From Candidatus Bathyarchaeota archaeon (GTDB lineage: Archaea > Thermoproteota > Bathyarchaeia > Bathyarchaeales > Bathycorpusculaceae): a DNA stretch of 64,000 bases. Positions within the stretch are counted from its first letter, which is position 1. Each line of letters begins with the position of its first letter. The stretch lies in NCBI GenBank assembly GCA_963827165.1, contig CAWGZR010000003.1, forward strand, positions 96,001 through 160,000, read 5' to 3'. Shown here piece by piece: positions 58,800 to 64,000 of the stretch. The notes below the pieces were generated by a model. It searched no databases. It saw only the letters and a list, made by a program, of their open reading frames with translations, and was not told the DNA's origin. The position numbers and the translations under genes are program-made.

Positions 58800-60145
58800 C
58801 AGTAGATGCGAATAATTAGCGCAATTTCGCTTCAGGGGCCTTTTGATTTGGTTGAATAGGCGCGCTGAAGACTTTGGCTGCGCATTATTTTAAAGAGCTA
58901 ACAGTTGAGTGGCGCCCTCAAGCCTGTAGAAACAGACGGCAAGACAAAACATAAACAAAAAACCTTCAGAAAAAGAAAACGTCACCTATCATTCCGCCTT
59001 AAACTTCACACTACACCTCAACGGTGCCAGTTATCCAAACGAATCTGACAGTCTGCATAAAACAGCAGGCGAAGACCACAAGCAAGAAAACTTCAGCCTC
59101 ACCACGATAACATGATCCTTTGCCCGAACGTTTAGAAGAACCCACACGTTATACAGCAAAACAGCCAAAACAAAATACCAGACCCTAACAGAGTAGTCAT
59201 CGCAAGTCGTCTTAGCAAAAAACTGGCCAATCATCCTATAACTGGTCTCAATCCCCCAACGCTTCTTATACAGCTTCAAAATACGCTTTGGCCGACCCGG
59301 CAGATTGGTGCCCAAAAAATACTGCATACCTTTACAGTCAACAGCCTCAACCACGTCAACCCAGACGCCTTTAGTGCAGTACGTGAAGCGTTTTTGGTAG
59401 CGTTTCCACCTCCAACGCCTACGGAGCTTAACTGTGTCACGCAAAGGAATGATGAAGCCAATGTTGCGGTCGATAAGCGCCTGCAGAAGCTTGACATCTT
59501 GGAAACCGTTGTCAAAGGCCACGTAAGAAACTGATTCAATGTTCTGCAATACTTGGTCAAGCAGCAAAAGAACTATTTGCCAGAGGTTATCTCTTGATAG
59601 CAGCGGAACGACTGCAAGCACAAGACGTTTGCCGGGCGTGATGATGCTGACGGTAAGGTAGCAGTAGGCATAGCTTGTTCCACGTTCAGGCTTGGTGCCT
59701 ACTACTCCTTCCTTACTGTGTTTTCCGTAGAATCGCACATCATGCCAATCAAACGCTACAGCGACGTTAGCTGTAACTAGTCGTTTTTTGGCAAGAATTG
59801 TTACGCATTTTGCAATCTGAGCTCTGGCGACTTGGAGGGTGTCGTTGATGGTTTGCGTTTTAAGGTAGGCTAGGACGGTTTCAGAGGTTGGTGTGCTTTT
59901 TCTTTTGGCTTTTTGTTTTCGGAGTGCGTTTGTGAGTCCTTCAGCGTAGCAGTTCATGAGGGCTATTCTGAGCATTACATCAATGATGTCGGTTTTTTGG
60001 TACCATGCGTGCTGCTTCATCTGGAAAGTGAAGATCGGCGAAACAAGTTCTTGAACAAAGCTCTTGAACTTCAAGAAGGCATTATCCAAATTTGTCCCAG
60101 GAAGATATCAGGCAAAAAGCTAGCCATAAGTATTCGCATCTACTG
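58800..60145 (-). mobile_element. ISH3 (IS4-like) family element
   Basis: Perfect TIR cagtagatgcgaata; TSD ATAC. Confidence 0.9.
59031..60089 (-). CDS. ISH3 family DDE transposase
   Basis: VAFDWH...FYG, FDNGF, YKKRWGIETSYR, LYNVW. Confidence 0.9.
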   Translation of the reverse strand: MDNAFLKFKSFVQELVSPIFTFQMKQHAWYQKTDIIDVMLRIALMNCYAEGLTNALRKQKAKRKSTPTSETVLAYLKTQTINDTLQVARAQIAKCVTILAKKRLVTANVAVAFDWHDVRFYGKHSKEGVVGTKPERGTSYAYCYLTVSIITPGKRLVLAVVPLLSRDNLWQIVLLLLDQVLQNIESVSYVAFDNGFQDVKLLQALIDRNIGFIIPLRDTVKLRRRWRWKRYQKRFTYCTKGVWVDVVEAVDCKGMQYFLGTNLPGRPKRILKLYKKRWGIETSYRMIGQFFAKTTCDDYSVRVWYFVLAVLLYNVWVLLNVRAKDHVIVVRLKFSCLWSSPAVLCRLSDSFG

Positions 60146-60289
60146 ATACAGCTAAACTCCAATGCAATCGCATTATGATATTTTGTATAGGTGTTAAACA
60201 GTTCTTGGGTTGGGCTACATTTCAGATATTCCTTTATACTATCTATTGTTTCTGCGTATGCTTGATAGTATTCCATAGAAGGTGTTAGC

Positions 60290-60610
60290 TTGAATGTGAG
60301 CTTTAAACCAAGTGTCCAAGAACGAATGCTAAAAGCCTTCTTGGACTTGACAGTCCTGCAAATGCTAAAACAGCAATCCATGACCGCTTACCAGATTGAC
60401 AATTTAATTATGGAAAAGTACCACAGCAAAATAAGCCCAAGCGTAATCTATGCGAAGTTAGCGATTATGGAAAGACAGGCGTTAATAGAATGTCATCCAC
60501 ATCATGGAAAAACATATAGCCTTGCCGAAAAAGGCCAAGATCTTTTAGCTAACAAACATGAGATAATTAAAGAAATTCACAACTGTACAATAATTTTATT
60601 TGAAAGCTAA
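60290..60610 (+). CDS. PadR family transcriptional regulator
   Basis: K.FLDL.VL..L....M..Y.I, ISPSVIY..L..MER, YSL.EKG. Confidence 0.85.
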   Translation: MNVSFKPSVQERMLKAFLDLTVLQMLKQQSMTAYQIDNLIMEKYHSKISPSVIYAKLAIMERQALIECHPHHGKTYSLAEKGQDLLANKHEIIKEIHNCTIILFES

Positions 60611-60674
60611 CGAAGAAATGAAAGTAACTCTAATTTTCTGCCGTCTCTTTTTGATTGGCATTGGCCAAAATTTT

Positions 60675-61992
60675 CGTGCCGTTCCTTTGTAGGTTAGAAT
60701 TATAGGCTTACTCTCGCCTCTGTTGTGCTGTAAAAGCGAAACAGCTACGCGGAGGTGAAAGTAAGCCTGGAATACAATGATACACCTTTTAATTTAGACT
60801 TAGCTGAAATCATCCGGAACATCAGCATCCAGTCAAAGCTGCAACTTACCCGGCAAATCGAGGAATACCAACAACAAATCATAGCTTATCAGTGTGGTCC
60901 AAAGTACTCTCGTAATCATTCATTCAAGAGAGCAGGCGCTTACACAAAAGAGTTAACGACGCCGCTTGGAACTATTCGCTTCAAAGCCCAAAAAGTCAGA
61001 AGAAGACCGACAACACTGTCACTTGCCCTATCATTGAATGTTTAGACGTTAAACGACGTAAATACTCAACAGACCTAAGGATTAAACTGGCTGAATATGC
61101 GTCAAAAATGAGTTACCAAGACGCAAGCTTAGAATTTGAAACAGCCACAGGCATACGTGTTCCAAAAAGAACCATACACCGTTTCGTCCATGAAATAGCA
61201 CCAAGGCTGCTGAAAGCAAACAACCCACAAAATCAGCCTGAAGTTAAACTGACAAAGCTAATGGGAGACTCAACAGAAGTCCGAGCATTAGCAAGCCGAG
61301 AAATGAACATGGTCCACGTCCTCATATCACCCGACAACGGACAACTCCTCCATCTAGACGTTAACTGCGAATGGCCAAACTGCGAGACAGACACGCTCAT
61401 ATCAGACAAAGAACCTGCCCTAACAAACGCTGTAAACGCCAACCATCTTCAGCTCTGCATTCTACACGCAATTAAGTACTTGCTATTCACTTTGTGGGGA
61501 GAAGGCATGAGCAAAGATGACCGAGCAAAAGTCAAAGTTGCAGTAAAAGAAGCACTCCTCACTCTGGTAAACTCCACTAAGAAGCATCTGCAAGACAAAG
61601 ACTACGATAGTCTGCAAGAGAGAATCAACAAAACTCTAAAGATACTTAACGAAGTTGCCAGGCAACTACAAGAAGACGGCTACAGTAGAGCGGGAGAATT
61701 TCTTAAAAAGAACAGCCGATTCGTCGTTACCTTTGCGCAACTTGCTCTGCAGGGCATCAAAATACCCTACACCACCAACAGGATCGAGCGTCTCATGGGA
61801 GAAGTCTCTAAACGCTGCAAGCACAAATGGATGCACTGGTCAACACAAGGTCTCAAAGACATCCTCACAATAGTGCTCGTCAGGTATACAAACAAACAGC
61901 TCTACGAAGACTTCAAAAAAACATATATCCACAACACAATCATTCACTAGAACAGCATACAGCACAACTCTAACCTACAACTGCACAGCACC
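60675..61992 (+). mobile_element. ISH6/IS256-like element
   Basis: Imperfect TIR of about 24 bp with core tgtaggttaga; 8-bp TSD AAAATTTT. Confidence 0.85.
60755..61950 (+). CDS. ISH6/IS256-like transposase (frameshift near 61005)
   Basis: TPLGTI, MSY, LISD.E, QLCILHA, TTNRIERLMGEVSKR...WS..G. Confidence 0.85.
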
Positions 61993-62264
61993 AAAATTTT
62001 TGATGCTTTTCAGTCAATATTTAAAGTTAAGGATTTGCATTTGCAAATGACCCAAAAGTTAAAGCCAATGAAAAATCTTTTATCTCAAAAACAAGCGCAT
62101 AACCTTTGATCATGTCGCTTCAAAGCCTAAGATTGGTTCTGATGATTAGGTTAAACCAGAAAAAACTCTTTCTCTATACGGGGCGCAGATTTTGATAGGT
62201 CTTGGTAGATTAGTAAATATATACGAAAATAGTCTGATTTAGAAAATTTTTGACAAATTGAGAG

Positions 62265-62309
62265 TTGTGGTTTGAACCCTGCACGGTTCAGATCCCGCCC
62301 GGTCCACCA
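62265..62309 (+). repeat. Palindromic att-like junction plus tRNA-Ala-like 3' end
   Basis: ttgtggtttgaacc-ctgcac-ggttcagatcccgcccggtccacca; same arms as the reconstructed 42160-42178/43827-43850 site. Confidence 0.8.
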
Positions 62310-62508
62310 GACTAAAATTAGCTCCGAATTGCTGTAAGGCATAAGTTGTTTCAAATTTGTTCCTTGTAGCCGACTAGCGCGTTCGATAAAACTTTTTTCT
62401 TGACTCTAAAAAAGAAATAGTCTGCAGAATAAATTCTTGCACTTGTAAAAATAGACAAAAAAGAAAAAGGGAGATTGAGGAATGAAATCGCCCGCATGTA
62501 GAGGTGAC

Positions 62509-62549
62509 TCCCGTCGGACCCGCTCCTGTACATCAGTCATTTATACTGA
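62509..62549 (+). repeat. tRNA 3'-end-like direct repeat, right boundary of the island
   Basis: 15-bp identity with 35989-36003 plus shared tttatactga. Confidence 0.7.
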
Positions 62550-62640
62550 TGCTTCATTTTTTGGTAGTTGTGTCTTTGATTTGCCCGTTCTTTTTTGTTT
62601 AAAACCAAGAAGTTTAGAGTATTGAAAAAAAAACAGTTGC

Positions 62641-63582
62641 CTAATCAGGCAACTCAAGATTTAGTTGCTTTTTTAGTGTTTTGTAGCGATTACGTACGGT
62701 TACTTCAGTTACACCAGCAGCTTCAGCGATGTCCTTTTGGGTCTTTTTCTCGCAGTTCTGTAAGCAAGCAAGGTAGTGGGCGGCAGCAGCTAACCCCATC
62801 GGGTCTTTTCCAGCGGCAGCACGTTTGCGTCTTGCATCTAAGAGAATTTGGATTGCTGTACCTTGGGTTGTGCCTGAAATGCCCGTTTTTTCTGCGATTT
62901 TAGATACGTACGTCCGTGCATCAGCGATAGGCACATGCAAATCAAGCTGACACAACAATAGTCTATAGCACCTCGAAACGTCTTTCTTATCAACGAGGCT
63001 AGCTTCAGCAATTTCATTCAATGAGCGTGGTGTTCCGCTTCCACGGCAAGCGGCATAAAGCGAAGCAGCAGCGATAGCGGCAATTGATCTTCCTCTAACA
63101 AGACCTTTATCTAACGCTTTTCGATAAACCACTGCTGCCTTTTCTTTGACTGACGGTGAAATGTAGACCTTGTCTGAGAGTCTATCAAGTTCTGCCATGG
63201 CTTGAGCAAGGTTTCTGTCGATAGATGAATGCACTCGACTGCGTATTTGCCATTTGCGAAGACGCCACATCTGCAGCCTTGTCGCCAAGGGCAGTTTTCT
63301 CCCAAACGCATCTCGGTCGACCTGGCTAATGGCTGTTGATAATCCTTTGTCATGAACAGAGTATGATGTTGGAACTCCAACACGGCTTCTCGAAGCCTTC
63401 TCCTCTTGGGTAAACGCGCGCCATTCCGGTCCTTTATCCATCATTTGCTCATAGAGAACCAAGCCGCAGTCACCGCATACAGTTTCGCCGGTGTCATAAT
63501 CGTGAACCAAGTTCTCGCTACCGCACCCTGGGCATTTGTCGGACAAGCGGGCCTGTGCTTTAGTTGCTTCTCTTTTGCTCAT
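62641..63582 (-). CDS. tfb: Transcription initiation factor IIB
   Basis: CPGCG..CGDCG Zn ribbon, GPEWRAF, HDKGLST, GLVRGRS, AGVTEVTVRNRYK. Confidence 0.97.
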   Translation of the reverse strand: MSKREATKAQARLSDKCPGCGSENLVHDYDTGETVCGDCGLVLYEQMMDKGPEWRAFTQEEKASRSRVGVPTSYSVHDKGLSTAISQVDRDAFGRKLPLATRLQMWRLRKWQIRSRVHSSIDRNLAQAMAELDRLSDKVYISPSVKEKAAVVYRKALDKGLVRGRSIAAIAAASLYAACRGSGTPRSLNEIAEASLVDKKDVSRCYRLLLCQLDLHVPIADARTYVSKIAEKTGISGTTQGTAIQILLDARRKRAAAGKDPMGLAAAAHYLACLQNCEKKTQKDIAEAAGVTEVTVRNRYKTLKKQLNLELPD

Positions 63583-64000
63583 TTTTTTACCTCCTTTTCA
63601 ACAGGCATAGAATCGTCTAGAGAGTCGTCTATGCAATAATCTTGCTAGAAAACAGTATATCCATACTAAATAGTTTAAAGGAATTTACTGTTTTGCTACT
63701 ATCATGTAAATGGTTTGGCGATTAATATGCAAGTGTACCTGATATTTTCAAATTATCATGAACAATATTTCAATGTGCTGTAATTTATGTAAGCGTTGAG
63801 GGGTGCGCCTTGAGCCTAAACTTGTCAGGATAAGAGGCTGTAGAGCCGCTCTGTTGTTCATCAAGCGTTTTTTATTATTCGAGTTAAGAGGCGTTGCTCT
63901 GCTTTTCTTCTGTGCTCTACTATTGTGGCGCTGTTGAGCTTTAGTTTTTTGGATAGTTCTTGGTTGCTGATTCTTCGGGGCGTTTCATAGTATCCATGCT

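Noticed and set aside
52170-61010. Programmed frameshifting in the RT, IS110 and ISH6-like ORFs
   Set aside because: Each break is repaired by adding one A to a short A run, and no clear slippery heptamer plus hairpin is seen. Sequencing error or decay is more likely; raw reads are needed.

Overview
Archaeal chromosomal window, most consistent with Bathyarchaeia (TFB, pelota, Fpo/complex-I-like group 4 [NiFe] hydrogenase operon, cohesin/dockerin-type surface proteins). About 1-35.9 kb is mostly core or accessory metabolism: redox enzymes, a PAS histidine kinase, a cohesin/dockerin/membrane-regulator module, a nuoABCDHIJKLMN-like hydrogenase operon, proBA, an H+-PPase, pelota, one MULE-type IS, a PadR/ABC exporter and an unusual CDF-like protein. 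About 36-62.5 kb is a mobile-element island. It holds a Panacea-RelE toxin-antitoxin pair, an HNH protein, large surface proteins, a tyrosine recombinase, two IS1182 (one invaded by a group II intron) and IS91-like, IS481, IS110, ISH3 and ISH6-like elements. The most notable signal is a set of tRNA T-arm-like motifs (GGGTTCRAATCC) arranged as inverted terminal repeats around discrete DNA units, one of which encodes the recombinase. Junctions between units are palindromic with non-identical 6-bp cores, and both IS1182 copies sit exactly 4 bp from such ends. All family assignments come from motif recognition, not database searches.
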